This document shows, piece after piece, positions 45,844 to 56,424 of a stretch of 64,000 bases of DNA (the first letter of the stretch is position 1; every line of letters begins with the position of its first letter). The position numbers and the translations under genes were made by a program. Source of the stretch: Minisyncoccota bacterium (GTDB taxonomy: Bacteria; Patescibacteriota; Minisyncoccia; Phycocordibacterales; Phycocordibacteraceae); NCBI GenBank assembly GCA_022841985.1, contig JALHQL010000003.1, positions 6,878-70,877 on the forward strand, written 5' to 3'. The notes under the pieces were generated by a model. It was not told the DNA's origin. It saw only the letters and a program-made list of their open reading frames with translations, and did not search any database.

Positions 45844-46230
45844 ATGAGCGAAGGATTGCAAAAAAATCAATATGAGGAGCTCCAGCGACAGATGAATGCC
45901 GGTTTCGAGCTCCAAAAACAAGACAATGAGGACCCTGAGCGCGGACCTATAGTGCAGCAAGTGCGTGCGGTACAGAACGCAGCATATAAAAATTTTGGAA
46001 ATGAAGAATCTACTCTTTACCCTGAATTCCAAGAATTTCAAAAATCATTCGGCGAGCATTTTGGTAGAGCCGAAGCGCAACGCTATCGTCTCTATCACGT
46101 CATTATCAGCAGTACGCCTCCCGGGAATGCGGATCTTTTCGATGCTAAAGGAGAATGGTCTATCGCAGCGGCAATGCAAAAACTCGCCGAAAAACATCAT
46201 ATTGAATACCCCGATGCACAAGCGGCATAA
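45844..46230 (+). CDS. Hypothetical protein
   Basis: Fills the gap between co-directional genes with a protein-like composition. Confidence 0.65.
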   Translation: MSEGLQKNQYEELQRQMNAGFELQKQDNEDPERGPIVQQVRAVQNAAYKNFGNEESTLYPEFQEFQKSFGEHFGRAEAQRYRLYHVIISSTPPGNADLFDAKGEWSIAAAMQKLAEKHHIEYPDAQAA

Positions 46231-46238
46231 TCACGACC

Positions 46239-47918
46239 ATGACCCAAGGCGAGGCGATTACGATACTGAAGACGGGCGCAAACGTATTCCTCACCGGCGA
46301 GCCGGGGAGTGGCAAGACGCATACGATAAATACCTTTGTAGAATGGCTCCGCAACTCAGGCATTGAGCCCTCAGTGACTGCAGCAACCGGAATCGCTGCA
46401 ACACATGTCGGCGGCATGACACTACACTCCTGGAGCGGTATCGGCATTAGCGAATCGCTTTCAAAGGCCGATGTGGATCGCATTGCAAGCAAAGAACATA
46501 TCGCTCGTCGAATTCAAAAAGCAAAGGTGCTGATCATAGAAGAAATTTCAATGCTCTCAGCCTCGACGTTTGAAATGGCGGATTCTATTTGTCGAGAAGT
46601 ACGAAGAACTGAGAAACCCTTTGGTGGACTTACCGTGATTCTTGTGGGCGATTTCTTTCAGCTGCCGCCGGTCTCACGCGATCGCGAAGTTAAGTTTGCA
46701 TACTCTTCGCCAGTCTGGCGTGACTTAAGTTTACTCACTTGCTACCTTACCGAACAGTATCGGCAAGTCGACAGTGAATTTCTGAGTGTGCTCTCAGCGA
46801 TACGCTCCGGAAATGTCGAGGAACTGCACTATGAAGAGTTGCTGCGGCGACATAGGGATCCGGTAGAGCTCCCGCCAGGAGCACCAAAACTCTTCTCGCA
46901 CAATGCCGATGTGGATCGGATTAATAACACCGAGCTTGCCAAGCTCAAGAGCGCTTCACGGAAGTTCAGTATGAGTTCAAAAGGGAAAGATGCGATGGTC
47001 GAGGGACTCAAGCGAGGTTGCCTCTCGCCTGAAATTTTGGAGTTAAAAGAGGGTGCGGCAGTGATGTTTACTAAGAATTCTCCGCAAGGGAAGTTCGTCA
47101 ACGGGACGCTCGGTATCGTCGTCGGTTGGGGCGCCGATAGTATGCCGATCGTAGAAACAAAGGACGGCATAAAAATATCTACCGAACCGATGGAGTGGCA
47201 ACTCGAGGAGCAGGGGAAGGTAAAGGCGAGCATCTCTCAAATACCCTTACGGCTTGCCTATGCGATGACCGTGCATAAGAGCCAAGGGATGAGTATGGAC
47301 GCCGCAATCATGGATCTCTCAAAAGCATTTGAATACGGTCAGGGATACGTTGCGCTCTCGCGTGTACGGCGACTCTCGGGGGTGTTCCTTACTGGTCTTA
47401 ATGCACGTGCACTTGAAGTGCATCCGGAAATTTTGGAAAAGGACAAAGATTTTCGTGCTGCGTCTGACGCGGCGCGCGATGCCTTTGCAGAGATGCCTGC
47501 GGCAGAACCAATCGGCATGCAAAAGAAGTTTATAAAGGCGATGGGTGGAGCATGGTTTGAAGCAGAGAATGATAAAAAAAGGTCTTCTCGAGAGGCTCGA
47601 GGCAAACCTGCGACAGGCTTGCCAGGAAGACTTGCCGAGACACTTTCTGCTGCGCGTGATGGCAAATCACTCGCTGACGTTGCCAAAACTCGAGCACTCG
47701 CGGTTTCAACTATCGTAAAGCACTTGGAAGAGCTTTCAGAAATAGGAAAGCTTGTGCGCACTGATTTCGCGCATCTTTTACCGGATGTGGGCGCAACCGA
47801 TGAGATACATGAGGCACTTACCACAACCGGTAGGGAACCTCTTTCTCCAGTATTCCATGCTCTCGGCGGGCGGTATTCTTTTGAAACAATTCGTCTCGTT
47901 CGCCTCGCCCGAAATTAA
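46239..47918 (+). CDS. Pif1-family SF1B helicase with C-terminal HTH
   Basis: TGEPGSGKT, TLHSWSG, EEISM, GDFFQLPPV, TVHKSQG and GQGYVALSR. Confidence 0.93.
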   Translation: MTQGEAITILKTGANVFLTGEPGSGKTHTINTFVEWLRNSGIEPSVTAATGIAATHVGGMTLHSWSGIGISESLSKADVDRIASKEHIARRIQKAKVLIIEEISMLSASTFEMADSICREVRRTEKPFGGLTVILVGDFFQLPPVSRDREVKFAYSSPVWRDLSLLTCYLTEQYRQVDSEFLSVLSAIRSGNVEELHYEELLRRHRDPVELPPGAPKLFSHNADVDRINNTELAKLKSASRKFSMSSKGKDAMVEGLKRGCLSPEILELKEGAAVMFTKNSPQGKFVNGTLGIVVGWGADSMPIVETKDGIKISTEPMEWQLEEQGKVKASISQIPLRLAYAMTVHKSQGMSMDAAIMDLSKAFEYGQGYVALSRVRRLSGVFLTGLNARALEVHPEILEKDKDFRAASDAARDAFAEMPAAEPIGMQKKFIKAMGGAWFEAENDKKRSSREARGKPATGLPGRLAETLSAARDGKSLADVAKTRALAVSTIVKHLEELSEIGKLVRTDFAHLLPDVGATDEIHEALTTTGREPLSPVFHALGGRYSFETIRLVRLARN

Positions 47919-48107
47919 GTTGACATTGTGTTATTTGTATAAATGTGCCATAATATAAACAGATGGTATTTGGGATGTTTTCAGAATACTTTGGATCTTT
48001 AAAGTACCACCGAAAGGAGATTATTGATTGACTAAGTATACTTTTCCGTTTTGAAGGAATAGGCGCTCTCAATGTTTCTCAACAACCAACACAGAGGAGA
48101 CCCCCCT

Positions 48108-48569
48108 ATGAGTAACGTCACGATTGAGGAATCGATTCGGCGCGCATTCGGTATATTTGGCACAAACGCATCGACGATACCTGTGGGCTCAGCAGATGAT
48201 TTGATGGATGCCTTCCGTCGCTACGCGTCCTCTCCCGATGTCTACACATTTGAGAAATTCAAAGAATTTCTTGCGGACGTCCGGCAGGTCGGATGCGTTG
48301 CTTCTGGTCTCGAATACTACAGTTCTCTACTAGAGACTTATATTCAGCGCGTTCCGGATCTCGGCTGGGAGCGTTGTGCGCGCCAGGTCTGGCCACTTCT
48401 TGAGGAATGCAAAAAGTGGATCGAAGTACAAGGGATTCCATTAGAAAAGATTGGTATCCGTCCCGTCTTCAGTGCCGCCCATATCAATTCCGCCGCCTAT
48501 GAGATTAGAGCATTTCTGTGCAATCATTCGGCGGGCGGGGTCTGTGATTGTGGGCATGTTTGGAAATAA
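48108..48569 (+). CDS. Hypothetical protein with a C-terminal Cys/His cluster
   Basis: AGAGGAG Shine-Dalgarno before ATG 48108; ends CNH..VCDCGH; followed by a terminator. Confidence 0.65.
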   Translation: MSNVTIEESIRRAFGIFGTNASTIPVGSADDLMDAFRRYASSPDVYTFEKFKEFLADVRQVGCVASGLEYYSSLLETYIQRVPDLGWERCARQVWPLLEECKKWIEVQGIPLEKIGIRPVFSAAHINSAAYEIRAFLCNHSAGGVCDCGHVWK

Positions 48570-48596
48570 TCAGTCGCACGAGGCCTAATTTATTCA

Positions 48597-48630
48597 AAAA
48601 TACCCAAACTCTCACGAGTTTGGGTATTTT
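48597..48630. terminator. Bidirectional terminator
   Basis: aaaatacccaaactc-tcac-gagtttgggtatttt. Confidence 0.85.
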
Positions 48631-48726
48631 AACGTTTTACATTGAGCGGTCAAAATAATTTCGAACGTTGTTTAGTACACACGATAGGTGGGTATATTAT
48701 TATTTGGATTGCTTCTTCAGAAATGG

Positions 48727-49227
48727 TCATCTGACAAGTTTTGAGAATACTTTTGTGTGCCATTCGTGTGTGTTCGGTACTTCTCCCTTATCGCAGTAAC
48801 CGAATTTTTTATAAAAGCTCCAAGAGTTTTTCCACCGTTCAGAACTCGTCAGGAGCACTTCCAAGTAATCATTCTTACTTGCGAAATGTTCGATGTAGCT
48901 AAGTAATGCACATCCAACCCCTTTGTTGGTGAAATTCTTATGTACCATGAGTACTGTTACTTGTAGCTGCTTCTTGGTATCGGCAAAAGTCGCGAGAATA
49001 TATATCGGAGTTTTCCGGTATCCAACGATACCAATCGGTATTGAGTCCTGCTGCACAGCTACGAAATACCATTCTTCTGCTTTAGGATCATTAATACTTT
49101 GAATGACAAGATTCATAAAGAATGAAATTTGGTCTTCGCCATCCATCCAGCTGGAATATATTTCTTTGATACCAAGTATATCGGCCACTGTTGCTTCACG
49201 AATCTCCACCTGTCCCATACTATGCAA
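48727..49227 (-). CDS. GNAT-family acetyltransferase
   Basis: IREAT..D, V...F.NKGVG..LL and FYKKFGY. Confidence 0.88.
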   Translation of the reverse strand: MHSMGQVEIREATVADILGIKEIYSSWMDGEDQISFFMNLVIQSINDPKAEEWYFVAVQQDSIPIGIVGYRKTPIYILATFADTKKQLQVTVLMVHKNFTNKGVGCALLSYIEHFASKNDYLEVLLTSSERWKNSWSFYKKFGYCDKGEVPNTHEWHTKVFSKLVR

Positions 49228-49278
49228 GTATACTTGAAGAAGAAAAAGTGGAAAGCAGTGATATTCTTTAGGTAGGTA

Positions 49279-49602
49279 ATGACCGAGGACATAATCAAGG
49301 AATTAGTTTTGATGTTAGAAAACGATCAAGAAGACCTTAAAAGATTCCGAACGGGTGCCTTTACTCTCGAACAAATTCGTACCAAGGTAAAAGTCAGGAC
49401 GGCTCGCCTCAAAGAAATTCTTGCAGATGCATTTCCGAATATAAAAAATACCGGTGTTCAAGCATACACTGCGGCTCTAGTGATGGTCCTACACTCGGGC
49501 GACCATGACTTTAAGATTCTTATCCTGGAGGGGAAATCCCAACGATATGGCACCCAATTTGTAATGAAAAAGGGAAACCAGAAATTCTATTCTCGGACTT
49601 AA
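49279..49602 (+). pseudogene. Probable internally deleted DUF6624-like gene remnant
   Basis: DQ...RLKEI...P...VLHSGDHDF joins directly to ILI.EGK.QRYGTQF, then the frame ends early. Confidence 0.45.
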
Positions 49603-49710
49603 TTCTCTTGATGAGTATGTTCGAGGAATCTCGCATACTGCCACTTCGTAAGTAGAATCCGCTTTTTGCGACGAGTGTGTTACTATGTATTTTCATTATA
49701 TTATTTCAAA

Positions 49711-51114
49711 ATGTTGTTACAAACGAAAAAAACTAAGATAGTTGCGACTATCGGTCCGGCGACAGAGTCGCCGGAGATGCTTTCTAAGCTTATCAATGCC
49801 GGTATGAACGTCGCGCGACTCAATTTAAGTCATGGCGATCACGTTGAGCATGGCGCTCGGATTACCAATGTCCGTAAGGTTGCGAAAGAACTTGGAACTC
49901 CAGTCGCTATTCTTTTTGACCTTTCTGGCCCCAAGATTCGCACTGGCGAATACACTACCGAGCGCATCACTATCGAGAAAGGAAAGAAGCTTATCCTCAC
50001 AAGCGAACCAATCGTCGGCGATGAGCATCGTTTCCATGTGAATTATCTTAAACTGCCTCAGGAGGTCAAAGAGGGGTCCGTTATCATGCTCGACGATGGG
50101 AAGAAGAAGCTTGTCGTAGAGCGTGTCGAGGGCACTGAAATACACTGTCGGGTTGAAGTCGGAGGGGAACTCAAAGGCCGCCGCGGAGTAAACGTGCCGG
50201 GTGCGTACCTCTCCATCTCTTCAATCACCGATAAGGACTTGAAGGATCTTGCTTTCGGCATGAAGAACGATGTCGATATGATCGCCCTTTCGTTTGTTCG
50301 CCGTGTCGATGACATACTCCGACTCAAGGAACTCTTGAAAGAGGCTGGGAAAAAGATCCCCGTCATCGTGAAAATAGAGACGCAAGAAGCTATCGATAAT
50401 CTCTCTGCGATACTCGCTGCTGCCGATGGTGCAATGGTGGCGCGCGGCGACCTTGCGGTAGAGGTGCCGGCGGAGCAGGTGCCGCTCTACCAGAAGCGCA
50501 TTATTCGCGAAGCGAATGCGCTCGGAAAGCCCGTCATCACCGCGACACAAATGCTCGAGTCAATGATACAGAGTCCGGTACCGACACGTGCCGAGGTATC
50601 TGACATTGCAAACGCCATCTTCGACGGTACCGACGCAGTCATGCTTTCTGAGGAAAGCACATTGGGGAAATACCCTGTTGAGGCAGTTACTATGATGACT
50701 CGAATCGCCGAGACGGTTGAAGCAAGTCTTCCAAGGGTTCCTGTCGCAGCAACAAGTATTGTGGACACTATCAGCACTTCGGTTGTAGATATCTGCGATC
50801 ATATCGGTGCTAGTGCAATCGTAGCGCTTACCGAATCGGGATCCTCTGCTCAGATGATTGCGCGCTTTAAACCTTTTTGCCCTATTATCGCGCTCTCTCC
50901 GAATCAGGCCACCGTCGAACGCCTTACCCTCGTACGTGGTGTGTATCCTTTCCTCGCGGACGCAGGTAAGACGACTGACGATGTTATCGCATTCGTATCG
51001 AAGTTTCTCATTAAAAATAAGATCGTAAAGTTAGGCGATCATGTCGTAGTTACCGCTGGGCTCAAGTTCGGAGTTCCGGGTTCTACGAACATGTTGTGCG
51101 TGATTACCGTATAA
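49711..51114 (+). CDS. pyk: Pyruvate kinase
   Basis: TKIVATIGPA, RLNLSHG, GPKIRTG, KIET, MVARGDL, ATQMLESM and DAVMLS. Confidence 0.98.
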   Translation: MLLQTKKTKIVATIGPATESPEMLSKLINAGMNVARLNLSHGDHVEHGARITNVRKVAKELGTPVAILFDLSGPKIRTGEYTTERITIEKGKKLILTSEPIVGDEHRFHVNYLKLPQEVKEGSVIMLDDGKKKLVVERVEGTEIHCRVEVGGELKGRRGVNVPGAYLSISSITDKDLKDLAFGMKNDVDMIALSFVRRVDDILRLKELLKEAGKKIPVIVKIETQEAIDNLSAILAAADGAMVARGDLAVEVPAEQVPLYQKRIIREANALGKPVITATQMLESMIQSPVPTRAEVSDIANAIFDGTDAVMLSEESTLGKYPVEAVTMMTRIAETVEASLPRVPVAATSIVDTISTSVVDICDHIGASAIVALTESGSSAQMIARFKPFCPIIALSPNQATVERLTLVRGVYPFLADAGKTTDDVIAFVSKFLIKNKIVKLGDHVVVTAGLKFGVPGSTNMLCVITV

Positions 51115-51126
51115 AGCTTTAACCTA

Positions 51127-51164
51127 AGTCAAAAAACCGCCTCAGAAGAGGCGGTTTTTTGACT
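51127..51164. terminator. Bidirectional terminator
   Basis: agtcaaaaaaccgcctc-agaa-gaggcggttttttgact. Confidence 0.88.
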
Positions 51165-51913
51165 CATGACACCAAACCCCGAATAAACTTCATCGTATCT
51201 TCAGGGTTTATGACCGAGCGTGTCTCGGCATCAGTCTTATATGCAGCCTCATCATTGCCACCCGAACGAAGTTCGTCGCCAATATAAAGCGTGTCGGATT
51301 CTGATACTCCGATGCGCTCGCACAGCTTATGAATGCCATATGCTTTGTCAATATTTTGCTTTGTGACATCGATGCTCGTTTTCCCGCCAATCTTTACCGA
51401 AAATGTCGGTAAAGATTTGCTTATGTGCGCGTGAAGCGCTACGCGTTTCGTGCGATCGGGATCCCATGCCATTTTCTCATCAATGGGTGCTTGTTGCCCG
51501 AGCGCGGAGAGTGTGACTTGAGCACCGCGATACTCGATGCGCTCTCCGTATGCAGGTTGTGAAAAGTCGATGAGGCTGAGTACCGTACCGGCATCGCGCA
51601 TCACCTCCTCAATATGCTGGGCTTCTTTTTCAGTTAAGCGTTCTTCGTAAATCTTTTTCCATTCACCATTAGAGTATTCGTAAAGCGAGGCACCGCTTGT
51701 GGGCAGAAGATAGAGATTGGAAAGATTTGCTTCAGAAGGAAGCTGCTCAACCACTTGCGAAAGGAATTGGGGTAGTGCTCCGCCTGAAATAACCGCTACA
51801 CGAGTTTTCGCAAGGAGTTCTACGAGGAGTTCCGCCATTGCATCGGTAATCGGCTGTTTGCTCTCGGCGAGCGTGCCATCGAGATCGAACATGATAAGTT
51901 TAGGAATGCTCAT
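51164..51913 (-). CDS. HAD-IIB hydrolase, phosphomannomutase-like
   Basis: FDLDGTL, ISGG, IEYRG.Q.T.S.LG, GGKTSID, DKAYG and IGD...GGND. Confidence 0.85.
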   Translation of the reverse strand: MSIPKLIMFDLDGTLAESKQPITDAMAELLVELLAKTRVAVISGGALPQFLSQVVEQLPSEANLSNLYLLPTSGASLYEYSNGEWKKIYEERLTEKEAQHIEEVMRDAGTVLSLIDFSQPAYGERIEYRGAQVTLSALGQQAPIDEKMAWDPDRTKRVALHAHISKSLPTFSVKIGGKTSIDVTKQNIDKAYGIHKLCERIGVSESDTLYIGDELRSGGNDEAAYKTDAETRSVINPEDTMKFIRGLVS

Positions 51914-51925
51914 GTACCAGAGATG

Positions 51926-53842
51926 CTAAGAGAGTGTTTTGATGATATGAGAAAGTGAACCTATTGCGACACCGACGACCCGATCGGCTCCGCCATAATA
52001 CAGAAAAATAGTATCATCGCGTACACAGGCCCCACAGGAGAATACGACATTAGGAATATCTCCTTCTTTTTCATATTTCTCAAGAGGTTCAAAAATGGGA
52101 TCAGCGGTACGCGCGATGACCGAGGTGCCAGAAGGATCAAGAAGCGCTGCGCCGAGACGGTATTTGCTATGGCGCGAAACACCGTGATAGATCATGAGCC
52201 AATTGTCACCGACTTTGATTGGCGGCCCAGCGATACCGACCTTCACTCCATCCCACATGCCGCGTCTCGCAGCCATGATTTCAATACAGCGGCTCACCCG
52301 TTTCCCCGAAACTAGGTTTGGCAATATATCGGCACAAATTTGGCCATTGATACGGTGATAGAGTAAGTAATTACCATCAATTTTTTCAGGGAGCAAAGCG
52401 AGATCTTTATCGTCTACACCTTCCGGAGTGAGAAGAAAGGGCTTGCTCCACAAGTTAAATCGTCGTGCTAGGAAATCCTCTACGCTTATGGATGAGATCG
52501 CACCTGCGGGAGCGCGCACTCCGTCGTACGCGGTATAGGTCATATGAAGCGTGTCATTGATACGCACAATGCGAGGATCTTCGCAGCCGGAATTACCTGT
52601 CGGACTTCCACGCTTCGCCTCAAAATCCTCTCGCGGCACATAGATTGGTTCCGGCAAGCGTTCATCGATAGTGACGCCATCTTTAGAGACCGCGAGTCCA
52701 ATGGTCGAAGTATTTACACTATCCATCGCGCGATACAGGATATATATCGAGCCGTCTATATCAATACTAGCCGCGTTGAAGACTACTCGACTTTCGAAAC
52801 CTCCGCCTTGGGGCAGAAGAATTGGATTCTGCGGCGCACGGATAAAGGTTCGTGCAGGACCAGCCGGATCGAGCGCGCGGAGCAAATCGGACAATCGTAC
52901 ACTTGCTTTGGCGCATACGGTATCCGCTCCACCGTACCAGATCTCAAGATAATTATCGCTAGAGAGCGTTGTGCTTGTGGGGAAGACGATGTTTGGCACA
53001 ATGCCATACTGTTCATAGATTTCCTGTGGCACGAGAATGGATTCGGTACGCGAAATAAGCTTCTGTGGATTATCGAGCTCGAGAAGTGCTGCTTCAATCG
53101 AGAACACACGATGCTGCTCATTATAATATTCTTGAATATACGAGTAGATGAGCAGCCAGCCCTGTTCAGTTTTAAGCGGTGAGGCTCCGACCTCGATATG
53201 ATCTCCTTCGTCTCTTCGCAACTCAGGAAGCGCATACTGAGCAAGATGAGCATGCCAATGCTGCCAGTATTCTGGATTGAAGAAGTCTTCGACCTGTTTC
53301 GCGCGCGCAAGTGCGATCGTCGGTCGCGGATGTTCCGCGGTCCAGTCGGTATGCGCAGTTAGGAGCAGTACGACCTCACCGTTAATGCGTTCGGGGAATA
53401 ACGTTGCAGCCTTTGCATTAAAGGGCGTGATGAGATGTCGTTCGGTGAAATTGCCGGGAGTATCGCCAATAGCGACTGCAACTTTAATGTTGTCGGGACC
53501 GAAAGGCCAGCCGCCGAGTGCAGTATAAAAACAATACCAACGACCCTCAAAGAGGGTGACGCGCGGATCTTCACAACCGAATGCGTCCCACGGTTCCTGC
53601 GGCGCAATGACTTGCTTTCTCGAATGGAAATGAATGCCATCTTCGGAAAAAGCGCTACCAATGGTCGAGAGCCCTGCCATCGACGTCTGAAGCGCGTCCG
53701 AATTCCCGAGCGCTCGATAAAAGAGATGAGCCCCGTCTTTGGTACGAACGACAGAGGGATTAAATGTTGCAAGAGATTCCCAAGGTTTCTCGCGTTGCGG
53801 CGAAAGGAGTGGATTGTGAGGTTCTCGGCGGACAATGAACAT
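51926..53842 (-). CDS. Tandem two-domain GH130-like glycoside phosphorylase/hydrolase
   Basis: Two copies of NP.L.P...FN...YRA...GCEDPR...YT...VVF...YYG(G)AD. Confidence 0.9.
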   Translation of the reverse strand: MFIVRREPHNPLLSPQREKPWESLATFNPSVVRTKDGAHLFYRALGNSDALQTSMAGLSTIGSAFSEDGIHFHSRKQVIAPQEPWDAFGCEDPRVTLFEGRWYCFYTALGGWPFGPDNIKVAVAIGDTPGNFTERHLITPFNAKAATLFPERINGEVVLLLTAHTDWTAEHPRPTIALARAKQVEDFFNPEYWQHWHAHLAQYALPELRRDEGDHIEVGASPLKTEQGWLLIYSYIQEYYNEQHRVFSIEAALLELDNPQKLISRTESILVPQEIYEQYGIVPNIVFPTSTTLSSDNYLEIWYGGADTVCAKASVRLSDLLRALDPAGPARTFIRAPQNPILLPQGGGFESRVVFNAASIDIDGSIYILYRAMDSVNTSTIGLAVSKDGVTIDERLPEPIYVPREDFEAKRGSPTGNSGCEDPRIVRINDTLHMTYTAYDGVRAPAGAISSISVEDFLARRFNLWSKPFLLTPEGVDDKDLALLPEKIDGNYLLYHRINGQICADILPNLVSGKRVSRCIEIMAARRGMWDGVKVGIAGPPIKVGDNWLMIYHGVSRHSKYRLGAALLDPSGTSVIARTADPIFEPLEKYEKEGDIPNVVFSCGACVRDDTIFLYYGGADRVVGVAIGSLSHIIKTLS

Positions 53843-53848
53843 AAATAA

Positions 53849-55030
53849 TTAGGTAGTTTGCGTAGGGAGCGCCTCTACGAATGCAGGTTGGCTACCCTCG
53901 ATAAGGGCTTTTATAAAAGTATCGAGCGGTGTGGTTGCGACACAGACCACCTTATCCGCCCCACCATAATAAACAAAGAGCATCCCGTCACGAACGACCG
54001 CACCACAAGCGTAGACGATGCCGGGCTTCCCAGCATTCTCATAATGCTCATTTGGCGAAAGAACAGGTGCAGCAGCACGGTACAAGACTTTTGTTGGGTC
54101 ATGTATATCAAGCAGCATAGCACCGAGTTGGTAACGGCTCGGGTCGCGCTCATTGATAGCGTGGTAGAAAAGGAGCCACCCGTGCTCAGTCTTCACGGGT
54201 GGTGGCCCGGCACTTCGAATGAAGCTGTCCCATGCATCCTCTCGCATCGGAAGATTATTGCGCGCTCCAACCCAACTTTCGATAAAAGGATCCTCAGAGC
54301 CAATTGCCTCAATAGAGTTGCAATAGGCGATCTCTATTTTTGGTGCAATGCTGTGGATAATCGCAAATTTACCGCCAATTTTTTCCGGGAAAAGTACCCA
54401 ATTTTTATGTCGTTCTCCTGGCTTCGAGAGGATGTACGGTCCCTCCCATTCTCCGAACCGTTCACCGATAAAAGCGTCGCAGGGGATTGATATAGCGGCG
54501 ACACGTATATAATCCCATCCATCAAACATGTTAAAGGTGACATATATTCGCCCGTCTATGGTCACCATGCGTGGATCTTCGCATCCGCCCCAACTACCAC
54601 CGGAAGGATACATGACAGGGGAGTAACGGCGCAGATGAGAGGGGGTTTTCGAGCCAGTGGAGCGCGGATTTTGTGCGACATAGGCAGGATGCGACAATCG
54701 CCGATCGAATACGACACCATCCGGACTAGCTGCATAACCAAGTCGCGAAATGCCATCCATGCCTATTGCGCGATAGATAAGATGTGTGCGGTTTCCGATA
54801 TTAATTGCCGCAGGATTCAAGACCGCTTCAGCTGTCCACGGATGGGTCCCCGGTTTGAGAATTGGATTATGAAATGACCTGTGTAGGAGTAGACGTTGGA
54901 GCTGCTCTAAATGTAAGAGTTTTACGAGTTTCTTTCGTATCGGTTTAGAGAATCCGGCGCCAAGAAGCGCTCCGATGACGAAGAAAGAAAAGAGCAGGGC
55001 GACGAGGTTTACCCAGAAATAAAAATCCAT
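53849..55030 (-). CDS. GH130-like glycoside phosphorylase/hydrolase with an N-terminal TM helix
   Basis: NPIL, LNPAA, YRA, GCEDPR, KNWVLF and YYGGAD; AAAGGAG Shine-Dalgarno. Confidence 0.9.
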   Translation of the reverse strand: MDFYFWVNLVALLFSFFVIGALLGAGFSKPIRKKLVKLLHLEQLQRLLLHRSFHNPILKPGTHPWTAEAVLNPAAINIGNRTHLIYRAIGMDGISRLGYAASPDGVVFDRRLSHPAYVAQNPRSTGSKTPSHLRRYSPVMYPSGGSWGGCEDPRMVTIDGRIYVTFNMFDGWDYIRVAAISIPCDAFIGERFGEWEGPYILSKPGERHKNWVLFPEKIGGKFAIIHSIAPKIEIAYCNSIEAIGSEDPFIESWVGARNNLPMREDAWDSFIRSAGPPPVKTEHGWLLFYHAINERDPSRYQLGAMLLDIHDPTKVLYRAAAPVLSPNEHYENAGKPGIVYACGAVVRDGMLFVYYGGADKVVCVATTPLDTFIKALIEGSQPAFVEALPTQTT

Positions 55031-55057
55031 AGAAAGAGTACTCCTTTATAGTACCAC

Positions 55058-55768
55058 TCACGTATCCATTTTTCTGACAATACACAGTGGGGTTTGTTCA
55101 TTAGATTGTCCCAGGGGATTGTCTTTGAACACATCTTTACAAAATGCATCGGATATATTTTTGTCGGATTTCCCAAGAATGGCTACTCCAAGATCGTTTG
55201 CGTCGATGATGACGACGTCATGGTGCAATACTACTGACAAACTCTTCGCGACCTTATCCGGCTCTGCTGGCCCCAGCTTTGCGTATTCATTGTAAGGCGG
55301 CAGAGTATACGAGCACGGACCATCTATGGCGTTTATGTTTTTCCCGACGACAGTATAGAAAATTCCCTGTATGCCAAAGGGTTTTGTAAGCGCAGACGCG
55401 AGCGCTCCGAGGAGTATTCGCGCCACTCCCGCTTCTCTGATTGCCAACTCCATTGTCCACGGGCTCCCAAGACCAATCCCGTAGGGAGATTTATGCACAA
55501 ACTTTACGAGAAATGTCGCGAGCAGCGACGGATGGATATCCTTTATCGGAAAAGCTCTGCTTTGGGATATCGCCACGATGCGTTCGCTGATAAAAAGGGA
55601 GTCGCCTTCGACGAGATGCGGTCCTGCATACTTCACTACGATGTCGCTAATCGAATCTTTATCGGTAATAATATGAGTTTTGATTGGCAGTCGTGCGTAG
55701 GTGCCATTCGATAACTCAATAGTCAATTTTTTACCGGCATTCGGGTTGAGAGTAGATGCAGTATCCAT
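55058..55768 (-). CDS. F420-0:gamma-glutamyl ligase (CofE)-family protein
   Basis: PIKTH, ISERIVAISQ, AIDG, IIDANDLG and DNPLGQ..EQTP. Confidence 0.75.
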   Translation of the reverse strand: MDTASTLNPNAGKKLTIELSNGTYARLPIKTHIITDKDSISDIVVKYAGPHLVEGDSLFISERIVAISQSRAFPIKDIHPSLLATFLVKFVHKSPYGIGLGSPWTMELAIREAGVARILLGALASALTKPFGIQGIFYTVVGKNINAIDGPCSYTLPPYNEYAKLGPAEPDKVAKSLSVVLHHDVVIIDANDLGVAILGKSDKNISDAFCKDVFKDNPLGQSNEQTPLCIVRKMDT

Positions 55769-55878
55769 TATTAGAGAAGCATACCGCACCCTATGGTTTT
55801 TAGTACGCTTTATGCACAAGGATGAGAAACCTTTGCGGGTTCATATGTAGAGATATACTACGTGTTACCATGTAAGTA

Positions 55879-56373
55879 ATGAAATCTTCGGCACTATACT
55901 TGCGCAGTGTAATTTTCGGAATTAACGATAGTCTTGTTTCTACAGTCGGATTTCTTGCGGGCATTAGTGTTGCCGGGATCCCACGATCAACGATAATTCT
56001 TGTTGGGGTCGTGTACGCTTTAGTTGAATCATTTTCAATGGCAATGGGCGACTTTGTTTCTGAAGAATCGGCAGAGGAGTACGCACGCAAGTCTAGCATC
56101 AATAATCATTCTTCGGTTGTATCGGCAGTGCTGATGTTTATTTCTTGTGTACTTGCCTCTTTAATCCCTCTTATTCCCTATATTATTTTTGCTTCTGATG
56201 CAGCATTCGTACTGTCTATCGGTCTATCGGTCATTGCACTGTTCATAGTTGGTGTGTGGAGTGCCCGGGTTTCAAGACTCCCGATGATGTGGCGTGGTGT
56301 AAGAATGGCTTCTCTTGGCGGATTTGCCATAATTGTTGGCATTGCTATCGGCACATTCATGCCAGACCTCTAA
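55879..56373 (+). CDS. VIT1/CCC1-family metal transporter
   Basis: FGINDSLVST, SMAMGDFVSE and SLIPLIPY. Confidence 0.9.
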   Translation: MKSSALYLRSVIFGINDSLVSTVGFLAGISVAGIPRSTIILVGVVYALVESFSMAMGDFVSEESAEEYARKSSINNHSSVVSAVLMFISCVLASLIPLIPYIIFASDAAFVLSIGLSVIALFIVGVWSARVSRLPMMWRGVRMASLGGFAIIVGIAIGTFMPDL

Positions 56374-56424
56374 AAACTGACAAAAATGTCAGGGTACCCC
56401 CGATTACCTGGAGTAACCAGACCC

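Noticed and set aside
55058-55768. Evidence for F420 biosynthesis
   Set aside because: A lone CofE-like fold without other cof/fbi genes does not establish the pathway.
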